Assembly (NCBI GenBank): GCA_043228905.1
Contig: JBHGNT010000021.1
Location: forward strand, 1,860,001 to 1,924,000
Source of the DNA: Azolla caroliniana
Taxonomy: Eukaryota > Plantae > Polypodiophyta
Length of the DNA: 64,000 nucleotides
Direction: 5' to 3'
Part shown: positions 27,001-38,505 of the stretch, piece by piece
How positions within the stretch are numbered: position 1 is the stretch's first letter
Layout of the letters: each line of letters opens with the position of its first letter
The notes under the pieces: model-generated
What the model was told of the DNA's origin: nothing
The model's database searches: none
The model's input: only the letters and a program-made list of their open reading frames with translations
Position numbers and translations under genes: made by a program

Positions 27001-27650
27001 AGGCACAAAACAAGCAATAGCATTTCGAATATTGATCACATTTGCATTCAACATGACCACACCGGATTCGGCTGTATCCAATTCTAGGTGATAGAATGCA
27101 TGTCCAAGAATTTGCACATCAATGATTTTTCCTATCCTATGTTGGAAAGCCGCGTGGAGGAGATCTCTCAAATCTCCTCTATTCGGCATTAAACCTATAA
27201 CCCTACACACTATTCAGTATGAATGTAAACGACTTACCTCTCTTTTCAACATCGCTTCCTCTTCCGGTGTGAAGACAACAATGAAGGCTGACCGTGGAGG
27301 AGTTGTCGGGGGCACTGCATCAGAGTTCCCCTGGTGTACCGTATCAGCCATCCTCTTCGTCTTGTCTACAACGATCTGCGCATCCTTCTCTTCACCATTC
27401 GTTATCTATTTTCCCTCTCCTTGTAGTTGTGTTTCTTTCAGAGATGCTTAAAATTTGAAGCTTCTTCAATGGAATCTTCTCTCCAAAACAGAATGAAGTC
27501 TCTGTGGGGAAGGAGAAACTGGGTGAGGTGTGGACAGGAAGGTTATTGAGAAGAGCAGAGAATGGAAGCGTAGCATTGGCGGGCCGTGACTATCTGTCTC
27601 TCTCTTTCATCTTCCACAATCTTAGATTGATTCGAATTTGGTTCTTCTTC
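21013..27650 (-). mobile_element. L1-clade LINE, apparently full length, degenerate
   Basis: ORF1 (about 26259-27400) has the knuckle CFYCKQQGHVLKDC. ORF2 (about 21071-26110) has APE endonuclease (MSWNVQELG; SDH), RT (LDFEKAYDRVDW) and C-terminal CIRC..HCLWEC. Short A-tail at about 21013-21021. Candidate TSD AAATGGTTTGGTTT at 20999-21012 and 27651-27664. Confidence 0.88.
24620..25309 (-). repeat. Solo LTR of the TGTCG..CGACA family inserted in LINE ORF2
   Basis: TGTCG/CGACA termini and TSD ACGT at 24616-24619 and 25310-25313. LINE ORF2 resumes on both sides. Confidence 0.9.
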
Positions 27651-28680
27651 AAATGGTTTGGTTTATTGGTTTTTGGTTAACTTTTTTTCCCCCTTAATGG
27701 CTTGTTAATTTAATGGTTTTTTGTTTATTTAATTAATTTAACCTAAATGTTTATTTAATTTAATGGTTTAATTAATGTTTTTATTGATTTAATAAATTTA
27801 ACTTATTAAGTGCTCATTTAATTTAATGTTTATTTTAGATTTTTAATTAGTTTGCCTTAAATGGTTAAGTTTAAATTTTTTATTAGATAGTTCGGTTTGG
27901 TTTCAACTTTTCCCTAAACGGTTTGGTTTACCTTTGCTTAAATTGTTTGATTTAAATGGCTTGGGAGTTCATAAATGGTTTGGTTTGGTTTTTGTTTTAT
28001 ATAAATGGTTCGGTTCAGTTTGGTTTCGAGACAAAGAAACCAAACCAAGCCCATCACTACTATCTACTGATAAGCTACGAGCTTGCCTCAAACAAAGCCT
28101 TCCTTCTAGACATCTCGCTTTCACAATGTAGTATTTATCCCTTATTGTGAACTACATGCCCACATCAACGTATCAACTTCATTGCTACGAACCACTTACG
28201 CAAAACATCTAAAATAAGCTCTCTTAAAATCATGATTGTCGGTTTCAACGACTGGCCTCACCTTCCGGTCCACAATCTTGTACTTAGTGTTGACGTGGGT
28301 GGTTTGACTCGCCCCGTCTGAACTTTGCTATCTCCACGTACATGTCGATCGAATGGACCAGAATCATCCAATCCTCAATTAGACCTCCCGCAATCATCCT
28401 CTCGATCTCCCCGAGGGTGTCATCGAACGAGACCGTTTCCACGACGTCGTTGATCTTGTCATTGGGGCCCATGGCTCCACATGCCCTTAGACGCCCCTCG
28501 ACTCTTCGTCTTTCACAGCCGACGATGTCGACTGATGTACAACCTCCATTGTCAGAGAGCAAAATTTCTCATCTAATCTACAAGTGTGGGGTTTTGGCCG
28601 GTTGTCCGGACTATTACGATCCCACGCCATGGTAGCCCTTTTAAAAAATCCTCTCAGCCTTCGCCACCTGTCATGAGGCA

Positions 28681-28735
28681 AGACTCGAACCCATGACCTT
28701 ATGTTACATGGGTCGAGCTTTTGACCATTAGACTA
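28681..28735 (-). promoter_or_regulatory. tRNA-like Pol III internal promoter in the G LTR (decayed copy at 54925-54979)
   Basis: A-box TAGTCTAATGG, 33-nt spacer, B-box GGTTCGAGTCT. Confidence 0.6.
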
Positions 28736-29395
28736 TATGTTGTAATACGAAGGATATTATTTTCATTTAGGATTTATTATAGAAAATTGATCTATATTCC
28801 AAATTTCTTTGGAACATTCTAGAAACTTCAGGAGTGCTCTTGAGAACACTATAAAAGGAGGCACAAGGCATTATTTCGAACCAAATCGGTTCAACATCAG
28901 TCTTAAGCCTCCTAGCTACTATTGTATATTCCCTTAACATTATATATATCTTTTGTTATCCTCATTCTCTCTCTCTCTCCCTCTCTCTCTCTCCCTCTCT
29001 CTCTCTCCTTCTCTCGAGAGTTCTGCACCTCCCTTAGTACTAATCCTCATCTTTTAGTACTAATTCCTTCTCTGTTTTAGTACTATTCCTAACAATACTT
29101 CTCTGTCTTAGTACTGCTCCTGACTGTTTGAACCAATTTTTTCTCATTCCTTCTCTTCCTTTATCTTCTTACTTCTCCCTCCCTTCATACTAATCTCTTA
29201 TTCCTCTTTTCTCTCATACTATGGCCATTGTTAGCGCTCAAGAATATCAATCCGTTTTCTCAGAGCTGCAATGTTGGAAAGAGAAGTTCCTTGCTTTGGA
29301 ACAAGAACATCAACGGTTGTTAGGGGATCTTTAACAAATCTCCTTAGAAAAGCGGCAGACGCAACAATAACATGGGGAGCTAGTGGTACGCGTGC

Positions 29396-29825
29396 TGTCA
29401 TGATAACACTCACATCATGCATCGAAAGGATAATGACACTCACATTATGCTTTGAAAGGATTTGAACCCACGACGTTGTTGTACACATGTCAAATCCTTA
29501 GCCATTGTATTAATATTCTTGTATGCATAGTTTTTAGAATAGGAAATCTAATATCATAGGAATATTCTATATTACTCTACAATCTAGAATGACCTAGAAT
29601 ATTCTAGAGTGTTCTATACACTAGAACCTTCTAGAATACTCTAGAGATATTCTAGATTACTCTACATTCTAGGATAACCTAGAATATTCTAGAGTGTTCT
29701 CTATTACTTATAAATTGGGATCTACCACTCATCCCAAACCTAAATTGGTTCAACCCCATTTTGTAGTACTCAGTTGCCTACTCTTTGTAATCCATTTACT
29801 CTTCAATATAATAATTCCTTTTCAA

Positions 29826-29861
<36 letters not shown>

Positions 29862-29864
29862 ACA
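29396..29864 (+). repeat. Solo LTR of a second Tcn1-like family
   Basis: TGTCA...GACA termini. TSD CGTGC/TGTGC (one transition). TATA followed by AAATTGGTTCAAC as in the G LTRs. Internal TTCTAGA repeats. Confidence 0.75.
29458..29512 (-). promoter_or_regulatory. tRNA-like Pol III internal promoter in the solo LTR
   Basis: A-box-like TAATACAATGG(CTAAGG), 33-nt spacer, B-box GGTTCAAATCC. Confidence 0.55.
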
Positions 29865-30515
29865 TGTGCAACAACTCGAAGCAAGCTTAGTAGCGATGCA
29901 ACAACAAGAACCCAGTACGCAAGGGATTCATAAAGAACCCAAGATCGGCCTTCCCATGAAATTTGATGGAACGTGATCACAGTTTAGAGGATTCCTTAAT
30001 CAGGTACGATTAGTCATTCAAATGCATCCTTCTCGATATCCCACCGATGCATCACAAGTGGGACTAGTAGGCACTCTACTTAGTGGCACAACTTTGGCAT
30101 GGTTCGCCCCCCTGTTAGAAAAAAGCTCTCCCTTGTTAAATAATTTTGAAGAGTTTATTACCGAGTTTAAAGCCTGTTTTGGAGATACCGATAGTGTTAG
30201 AACATCAATCAACAAAATCCAAAGATTGCGCCAAGGTCAATAGCCGGCCTCAGCTTATGCTGCGGATTTCCGTCTTCTCGCCACCGATATTCCCTGGGAT
30301 GACCAGGCACTAATGGAGCAATTTCATTTTGGCCTACGTAATGAGTTAAAGATTTACTCTTAACTTTCACCGAGGAGCCAAAGTCATTGACAAAAGCAAT
30401 CAAGCATGCGGTGCGATGCAATAATCGCCTCTTCAAATGACGTTCGGAACGTTAGTTCCAAATGCCACAGACAAGATCGGAGCCAGGCCTTTCCCAAGGG
30501 AGTCATTCAATACGT

Positions 30516-30947
30516 TGTCGTGAAGAATTTCGACCAGAGGCGGAAACCGGGAAATATTGGCTACATCGGCGGGGTGCAGCATGTGCGCTCACCCTTGTAC
30601 ATTTAGTGTGAATAACGAGAGCGCCTTTATGGTGCCGAAGAGTAATTGAGTCGGGACAAGAATCCATGTAATAAGGGATTTATCCCACGATGCTACGGAT
30701 CCCTCTCCTTGTTCTATAAAAGGAAGGGAGCGCCCTTGGTGAAGGGGTTGCCCATTTTGTATTAGTAGGGTATACCGTTAGATTAAGAATCGTCCTCTCT
30801 TTCTCTTTCCCTTCCTCTTGTTTAGGGTTTCGTTTTTCTTCTTCTTGCCTCTGCTTCTTCCTCTTTGTCGTTCTGAGTATCGAGCCTTGGCATCTCGTGT
30901 TCCTGTTTTCTGCTCGTTCTCTGTGCAAGACCCCGCTCGGCACGACA
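30516..30947 (+). repeat. Main-family-type LTR (short variant)
   Basis: TGTCGTGAAGAA...GGCACGACA with TATA at about 30715. Left flank ACGT, right flank AGCC (no TSD). Confidence 0.6.
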
Positions 30948-32499
30948 AGCCCGAGAACTCCCCGACCGGCGGCTTGGCAGTCGATGACTGTTGTAACCTA
31001 AGCTACTTAGGTCGGGCTCGATACTAGTATTGTATCTTAGTCTTGTAATATATGCATGGAGGGTTCTGCGTATCGGTGTTTGTGTGGGTGTTTTGGTGTT
31101 CTCTTACCTCTGTTTCTGTACATAAGGGCGTGAGTTGGGTCGGCGTGGTGTGTGTGTGTGGGTGGGAGTCGGTGTCAAGCACGCTCTCTCTCTCTTTCTC
31201 TCTCCCATTCGGTTGCTTCCGGAACGCGTCCGGAATCATCTTCTCCGCTTCTCTTCTTCCCTCGTCCGAGACCCCCGTGGTCCCGCCCTTCTACACGCGC
31301 GCGCGTAATAACGCGACATCTTTGGTGAACCCGACGTGAAGGGCGGCAAGGGAGAATGGTGTTGGAAGAAGAAGACTTCGTGCAACTTTTCGTCGAAGTG
31401 GTGAGGGTGTTTGGATGAGCGACAACAAGACGAGAGTCAGCGCAACAAGCGGTCGAGCGAGTGGTCGAAAGAGTCGGCCATTTCAAAGGGGACAAAGTCC
31501 CATCTTACTTGGAAGCCTACAACGCGGAAATGGAGGAGCGAGACGTGGACGAAGCGTTGAGGCTGGAGTTCTTCTATCGGGCTGTCGCCGTCCGTATGCA
31601 CGCGGAAGTGAAGGAGCTTCGAGAAGCTCATAGTTCGTGGGAGGCCTTTGAAGAGGCACTCCTGCAGGCATATGGAGGACGACGGAAGAGCCAGGGACGA
31701 CACAACTTCGACCAGTGGGTAGCATCGGCAAAGACCCACCGGCGCGCAATGAAGGCGATCCGAGAGTTCAAGCGACGGCTTGCTCGGCTCGCGGAGCAGG
31801 AACAAGGTTTGGTGGGGGCGGACAAAGTCCTATTGTTCGTCAGGTCAATCGGGATTGAGCTTGAAGACGATGACGGAGCGAATGGGCTTACGGAGGACTG
31901 GTCGAAGGTCGGAAGGGTGTGCCAACGGCTAGACAATGAGCGAGCCGAGAAGGCTAAGAGGAAGGCACGCGACGGTGTCGTGCCTTTCGGCTCCGGATCG
32001 TTGCGTGAGTCGGGTGGGAACCACCGGGGTTTTGGACTAGGAGGAGGAAGAATTTGAGACTATTATAATTATGAGTAGATTATTAGAAACTTGTGAATCC
32101 CACAAGTATAATGTATTTTATTGATTAATATTTATGTAAGAATATGTATTTAGATTGATAGAGAAAGATATAGAAATCTCGTGAATCCCACGAGTATAGT
32201 TTGTTAATTGGTGTTTTAGGAAATATATCCAATTTCCCAAATATTTCACACACCTATTACATTGTGCTCCCCATCCTTATGTAGTGATGGGAGAGACTAA
32301 GCATAGCTACATGCTTTTTTCTAATATGTTCATGCACACTAAATGTGCATGTGATGCTTTTCTAATCCTTGCTTTTATTTGCTAAATATAGTGCTCATGC
32401 ACGCTAGATGTGCATGAGTCACTTTTTAGTTGCTTGCGTTTTTCTATAAAATATTGACGCACTCTAAAAATGCACGATTTACCTTTTAATAAAGGTAGG

Positions 32500-32553
32500 T
32501 AGCATAATGGTAAAGTTGAAGTTTGGCTACGTGGAGGTACAAGGTTCGAATCT
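32500..32553 (+). promoter_or_regulatory. tRNA-like Pol III internal promoter in the C LTR (copy at 34977-35030)
   Basis: A-box TAGCATAATGG, 32-nt spacer, B-box GGTTCGAATCT within an ACAAG/CTTGT hairpin. Confidence 0.6.
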
Positions 32554-33133
32554 TGTCCTATGCACGTGATAAATATTTTGATATTCTTATTTTATTTATT
32601 TATATGTAATTAAATCGTTTATATTATTTTTTTACTTTTTCACGTAGTGTACGAAATACACTACGACACTCGCCCCCTCCGAACCCGCACATCCTCCGGT
32701 ATGTGCCGAAGTTGCCGATGCTCGTTGTCTCCCTTTCATCCTCCGTTTGTCCCGCTATGTCAACTTTGTCTCTCCATTTTGAGTAGACCCATTCTTTCCA
32801 CCCGAACCATTGTCGCCATCTGATCCACCATATTCTTTGTTCATTCGTGGTAGTGTCTTTTACTGGGCTCTTTCTTGTCTTCATCAACCTTGACTTTTTT
32901 CCGGATCGCTCTTGTCCGATCAACTTTCGGTTTGATCGGCTTCCGATCGGATTCGTATTCGGCCGAATCGGAATCGGTTGTTCGGTTTCGATTGAGTCGG
33001 TCTCCTTCCGGCCCGGTTTCGATCTATCGGTTTCGGTTTCGGTTGGCTTTCTTTTCCTCGTTTTCACCAGCCTCGACCGGTCCAACCTCCAATTGAGTCG
33101 GATTAGCTTCTTTTCGATCGGCTTTCTTTCGGA

Positions 33134-34501
33134 TCAGAATCCCGTCCGGATCACCTTCCATCCAAACCGGCTTCCGACTTTACCTTTCTTGCTGCCACCT
33201 CCCGTCTCTCCGGTCTCACGTTGGTTCTCGGACACAACTGCCGAAGTCTCTAGAATTAGTGGGTAGGAATCCTCGGTATTATCATCCTCCATTGTTTCAC
33301 CCATAGCCATATTCTCGGCTATCTCTCCGTCGTATTCGTCGGCTTCGACATTCGTTTTCTCTCCGCCACCTTCCGTCTCTTCGGTCTCACGTTGCCTTTC
33401 GATCGCAACCGCCGGAGTCTCTGGAATCAGTGGTGGGGAAGTCTCGATATGGCAATCCGCCATTGATTCGTCCATAGCCACCTCCGATTCGATTTCGTCT
33501 TTTGTGGCTACCTCCTTAATCACATCCGCTTCACACTCTTTCACTGCATCAATTATGGAAACATCAATTATGCTTACCCCTTTTTCACCTGATGTTTCGG
33601 ACACTTGTATTTCGAAATCTTCTTCTACACTTGGGTTATCGGCCTTATCCTTCGCCGTCGTTCTTTCGCAAGACAAGAGGGTAGCTTGTTTTACACCCTC
33701 TTCCGTCGCACCATCATGTTGTATTTCGGCCTTCATATCGGCTCCATCGTTTGTCTTCAATCGACCATCCTTCATCGGCCATGTCGTTGACAAGATTCTC
33801 ATCTTCCTCTCATCATGTCTCTGGCATACCCTTTCGACTTTGGCCCAATCCTCGGTAAGACCGTTCGCACCGTCATCATCTTCGAGTTCGATCCCGATGT
33901 CCATCCTTTCTTTTCGATCGATCGATTTTACGAACATTAGGACTTTATCCTCCCCCACCAATCTTCGTTCCCGCTCCGAGAGTCGAGCAAAACGATGCTC
34001 GAACTCTAGGAATGCTTGTGTTGCACTTCGGTGGGTCTTCTCCGATGCCACCCATTCGTCGAATTCTCGTCGATCTCGTCCCGTCCATCTCTCATAGTCA
34101 TATGCCTCCCGTAAAGCTTCTTCAAAGGACTCCCATGTCGAGTTTTGTTGTTGTATCTTGTGGATTCTCTCTTGTAGTTCGTCCGAGGCCACCCGACTAA
34201 AGGATATCACTTGCAATCCTTCCGGTATCCGATATTGCATCATCTCCGCCTTATATTCACGTAGGTAACGTGACACACCCTTACCGTTGAATTCCCCGTT
34301 TCGTCGCAGAAGCCGCTCTACTGCCGCCTTCATCTCCGACATCGCACGTTGTTCTTGTTGCATCCGCTCAAACATTATCATCATCATGTTCATCGCCTCT
34401 TGTTGATTCTCCATCTCCTTGCCACCCGTCTTCACGTCGGGTTCACCAACTGTGTCGTGCCTTTCGGCTCCGGATCGTTGCGTGAGTCGGGTGGGAACCA
34501 C
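33134..34501 (-). CDS. gag: Truncated Gag with acidic repetitive C-terminal tail (first ATG at about 34414)
   Basis: FNGKGVSRYLREYKAEM..TWESFEEAL..FARLS..VLMFVKS aligns with the N-terminal half of the F Gag. No zinc knuckle. Confidence 0.8.
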   Translation of the reverse strand: MVPTRLTQRSGAERHDTVGEPDVKTGGKEMENQQEAMNMMMIMFERMQQEQRAMSEMKAAVERLLRRNGEFNGKGVSRYLREYKAEMMQYRIPEGLQVISFSRVASDELQERIHKIQQQNSTWESFEEALREAYDYERWTGRDRREFDEWVASEKTHRSATQAFLEFEHRFARLSERERRLVGEDKVLMFVKSIDRKERMDIGIELEDDDGANGLTEDWAKVERVCQRHDERKMRILSTTWPMKDGRLKTNDGADMKAEIQHDGATEEGVKQATLLSCERTTAKDKADNPSVEEDFEIQVSETSGEKGVSIIDVSIIDAVKECEADVIKEVATKDEIESEVAMDESMADCHIETSPPLIPETPAVAIERQRETEETEGGGEKTNVEADEYDGEIAENMAMGETMEDDNTEDSYPLILETSAVVSENQRETGETGGGSKKGKVGSRFGWKVIRTGF

Positions 34502-36960
34502 CGGGGTTTTGGACTAGGAGGAGGAAGAATTTGAGACTATTATAATTATGAGTAGATTATTAGAAACTTGTGAATCCCACAAGTATAATGTATTTTATTG
34601 ATTAATATTTATGTAAGAATATGTATTTAGATTGATAGAGAAAGATATAGAAATCTCGTGAATCCCACGAGTATAGTTTGTTAATTGGTGTTTTAGGAAA
34701 TATATCCAATTTCCCAAATATTTCACACACCTATTACATTGTGCTCCCCATCCTTATGTAGTGATGGGAGAGACTAAGCATAGCTACATGCTTTTTTCTA
34801 ATATGTTCATGCACACTAAATGTGCATGTGATGCTTTTCTAATCCTTGCTTTTATTTGCTAAATATAGTGCTCATGCACGCTAGATGTGCATGAGTCACT
34901 TTTTAGTTGCTTGCGTTTTTCTATAAAATATTGACGCACTCTAAAAATGCACGATTTACCTTTTAATAAAGGTAGGTAGCATAATGGTAAAGTTGAAGTT
35001 TGGCTACGTGGAGGTACAAGGTTCGAATCTTGTCCTATGCACGTGATAAATATTTTGATATTCTTATTTTATTTATTTATATGTAATTAAATCGTTTATA
35101 TTATTTTTTTACTTTTTCACGTAGTGTACGAAATACACTACGACAACGGTGTGCCATTACAGCGGGAAGAGGCCGAACGACAAAGAGAGTCGGCAAGGGT
35201 CGGCGTTGGGGCTAGGATTCTGGAGGCGTACGCAGCTCTTGAGGCGATGCTCGAGGAAGAGGAAAGATCGAGGCCGCAAGCCGAGACCGAGGAGACGGAC
35301 TTGCCCCACGCGATGGCGGGAGATCGGTACCACGGTACCATGGGAGAGGGTGCGGAACAAAATGCCCTCTCGATTTGCGGAGAATTGCCGAACGAGGACA
35401 AGGTTAGGAGCGGAGAAGAGCCCTCCACGCGGATTCTGGAGACTCTGATGGTCGAGCCCGTGTGCTGACATGAGACTGGAGAGAAGGAAGACGCCGACGA
35501 GGAGTCCTGGCACAATGCCAGCGAAGATGGATGGGAGATGGCCCGCGAAAATGTCGACGAAGAGACCAAGAAACGACCCGACCGGGGACCGAACCGTGCG
35601 ACGCTCCGATACAGGTGGTGCGTGATCTGGTCGTGGATTGTTCGATCGGGGCCCGATTCGGCATGAAGGTGCCGATACGGGAGAGGGTGCGGAACGAGCC
35701 GCCCTCTTTAACATGGGGAGAAAGACCGATCGGGCGAAGGTCGGGAATTGGAAGGAAGGTGATCAAGGGTTCATAACGAGTCCGGCAAGGTCGACATCGA
35801 AGCCGAAACTCCGAACATTGGAGAATCAAGCCCAGGCGGGGCTTGATTGATCACAGAGCAGATGCTATCCACCGAAACCACTAAAAGGGGTGGTGGCCCG
35901 GACGAGTCGGCAAAAGACGTTGTGAAATCGGTTACGCCACATCCTATCCGGAGACTTCGGCAGTTCGGCCAACGTGGCAATGTGAGACCAAAAGAGATGG
36001 AAGATGGAGGCAGGAACGCAGCAAGGAGAGCGACAACGAGTTCGGGAGAAGTACAGGGGATGAAGAGGAGAACGAAGACCAGTCCTACGGAGATCTTCAC
36101 ACTAATCCGGATGTCGGCCCGAGTGCCGGCGTGATTCCGAAAGTCATTGACTTGCTCAAGGAGAAGGTGGCGATGGGGATTCTAGAGCCATCAACTGCTT
36201 CGTACTCAAATCGATGGTTTACGGTTCAGAAGAAGAATGGGTCACTCCGATTTATCCAAGACTTGCAACCGGTGAATAAGGTCACGATCCAGAACTCGGG
36301 AGTCGGTCCGATAGTGGACGAATTTGCGGAAGCTTTTGCCGGTCGTGCGATATACTCCATCGGAGACCTATACTCGGGGTATGACCAATTCCAACTAGCC
36401 GTGGAGAGCCGATGTCGTGAAGAAAACCGTCCACAAGCGGAATCGGTGTACCGGAGCGTAGAAACCGACTCTTCATGCACGTGCGCCTTAAGTTGTACAT
36501 AGGAGATCCTAGGTAGATTCGGTAGGTAGGGAGTAAAGGGGAAACGGCTCCTTCCTTGCCTATAAAAGGAGGGAGACGAGGAGAGTAAGGGGATCGCGGA
36601 GAGTCGAGGACGAAGTGCTGTCGGATTGGGCGCGAAGGCTTCTCTCTCTCTCTCTGGTTCGCAGACTCCATAGCTTCCTTCTGTGCAGGTTTCGGGAGGC
36701 TCGCGCTGCTCTGAGGAATGCCCGAGTGCTTCCGGCAACACCTCCAACTTGTTCCTGTCATTCTGTGCGTTTACGAACAGGTATCGGCATCTGTCCGCCG
36801 GCCTGTTCGGTTGTAACCGACTTCGTGTCTTGTTGTCTTCGTGTTCTTGTTGTTTGTCTTGTCAATACATACATACTTTCGTGTCTTTCTGTGTCGCTGT
36901 CCCACTCGCGTCTTTGCGTCGAAGGGCCGTGTCCCTGTGAATCTACGCTCGCACGTAGTG

Positions 36961-36994
<34 letters not shown>

Positions 36995-38405
36995 TCTTCG
37001 GTACAGGACCCCCGAGGTCCCGCCTCACTCCACGCATCCGCGAGGAATACCTCGACATATTTGGTGAACCCGACGTGAAAGATGCGGCAGAAGAGCAGAA
37101 GATGAGGGGGTCGGATCTTGCAGAGGCCATGGCTTCGGCCGTGGATCGGATATTGAGCACACGCGAGGGCACCGGTGCCCTCGACAGAGCCATTGAGGCG
37201 GTCATCGGTACGATCGGCCGTTTCAGCGGAAAGGATGCTACGAAGTATTTGGCGTCCTACGGGGCGGAAATGCTAATGCGGGACATTCCGGAAGAGAGGC
37301 GTCTTGCCGGGTTCCCTCGAGTGGCGATGCCGAGCATCCATGCGGAGGTGCTCGAGGTACGGGCGGAGAGCCGTACCTGGGAGGAGTTCGAAGGCCGACT
37401 CCTAGAGAAATATGGGCTGGACGACGCGCTCCGGCTTTCGAAACGGGACTTCATGGAATGGGTGGAGTCCCCCGGCAAAGGAAGAAACGCATCGGCACTC
37501 CTCCGGGAGTTCGAAGAACGCTTTGCGCGCCTTTCGGCGCTTGACCGAACTATCCTGGATACGAGCCGGGTCCTACTGTTCGTCAAGTCGGTGGACGAGC
37601 GGGACCGGGATCAAGTTGGCTCCTTGCTGGAAAACGAAGACGGGTTGACAACCGACTGGGCTGCGGTTAAGAGAGTCTGTGGCCGTTTCGACAAACGGCG
37701 AGAATGGGCTGACAACGGGGCGGCAAGTGCGGGCTCTGTTACATCAAGGAGGCTTGAACCGGCACCGCAAGTGCGAAGGGAAGAAACCCAGGAATGGCTC
37801 GAAACCGGCCCGGCTTCGACCAGCATGGTCAATGGCTCGTCCGGAGGAGCCGCGCTAGAGGAGTTGACGCGGGCGATAAAGGATCTCCAGATCGCCCAGA
37901 CTCGAAGGGAAGGCGGCGAATCGGCTCGTGATCGACGGCCGGCAGCGGGGAACAGGTGCATGTGGTGCGACGAGGTCGGCCACATTCGGAAGGACTGCGG
38001 CGATTTCGCAGAGGCGTTGAGAAACCGGGTGGTGTACCTGTGGGAAGGCCGGGTGCACGCTAGCGACACCAGGACGGCCCTGAGCCGAAATGACGGGCGA
38101 GGAGGTATGAAGAGACTGATGGAAGAGGCAGCGGCCCGACACGTGGAGGCCATCCACTACTCGGCGTCGGCCGGTATTCGGGTCGGGGGCAGCGAGACCC
38201 GAAAGGAGAGCAAAGACGGTTTCTGGTCGGCAATGCTGGAAGGCCTCGCCGGCGCGCGACTGAGGAAAGATGAAACGGACCACGTTGAGAGACGGGTCCG
38301 GGAAATAACCGGGTGGAGCGATCCGGTCGAGGAGAAGACGGGCTTCGTAGAAGCCGCTTGCCGGAACTACGAGGCTCTGGTAGAAGAAAAATGAGTGGGG
38401 AAAGC

Positions 38406-38505
38406 NNNNNNNNNNNNNNNNNNNNNNNNNNNNNNNNNNNNNNNNNNNNNNNNNNNNNNNNNNNNNNNNNNNNNNNNNNNNNNNNNNNNNNNNNNNNNNN
38501 NNNNN
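38406..38505. other. Assembly gap (100 N); true size probably several kb
   Basis: The missing part includes PR-RT-RH and the INT start of E (about 3.3 kb in sister copies) and about 40 bp of the F LTR. Confidence 0.9.

Larger units (their letters stand above)
15088..28059. mobile_element. Non-autonomous hAT-type DNA transposon (about 0.6 kb of own sequence) hosting the copia and LINE insertions
   Basis: Terminal inverted repeats TAGCTATGGGC (15088) and GCCCATCACTA (28049-28059), 9/11 match. Perfect 8-bp TSD CTATCTAC at 15080-15087 and 28060-28067. Internal GGTTT/AAACC motif arrays. An 8-bp TSD is diagnostic of hAT. Confidence 0.8.
29221..30515 (+). pseudogene. gag: gag of G (split by solo LTR 29396-29864)
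   Basis: KEPKIGLPMKFDGT*SQFRGFLNQ...LLSGTTLAWF...FEEFITEFKACFGD, resembling Tf1/Tcn1-type capsid. Confidence 0.75.
31976..35145 (-). mobile_element. Non-autonomous gag-only LTR element C (TR-GAG-like), very recent
   Basis: 693-bp LTRs 31976-32668 and 34453-35145, identical by eye. TSD ACGG. Trp PBS at 34431-34448. PPT next to 32669. The 1.78-kb interior has no PR, RT or INT. Confidence 0.92.

Noticed and set aside
27650-28050. GGTTT-rich tract as telomeric or satellite repeat
   Set aside because: It is not periodic TTTAGGG and is explained as hAT subterminal motifs.
29540-29700. TTCTAGA repeats; also TAGTACT repeats at 29030-29120 and a 12-bp triplication at about 55590-55625
   Set aside because: Ordinary LTR-internal or slippage repeats without unique spacers; not CRISPR-like.
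32490-32570. Possible true tRNA gene
   Set aside because: A and B boxes are present but there is no convincing acceptor or anticodon stem. It is reported as a tRNA-like promoter module only.
32624-33085. Second ORF (153 aa) in element C as an env-like or accessory gene
   Set aside because: Low-complexity CCGAT-rich sequence that runs through the PPT into the LTR, with no transmembrane or domain signal.
36841-37074. LTR-encoded N-terminal part of the 517-aa ORF, and the many short ORFs within LTRs
   Set aside because: The frame depends on CT-microsatellite length and is not conserved between copies.
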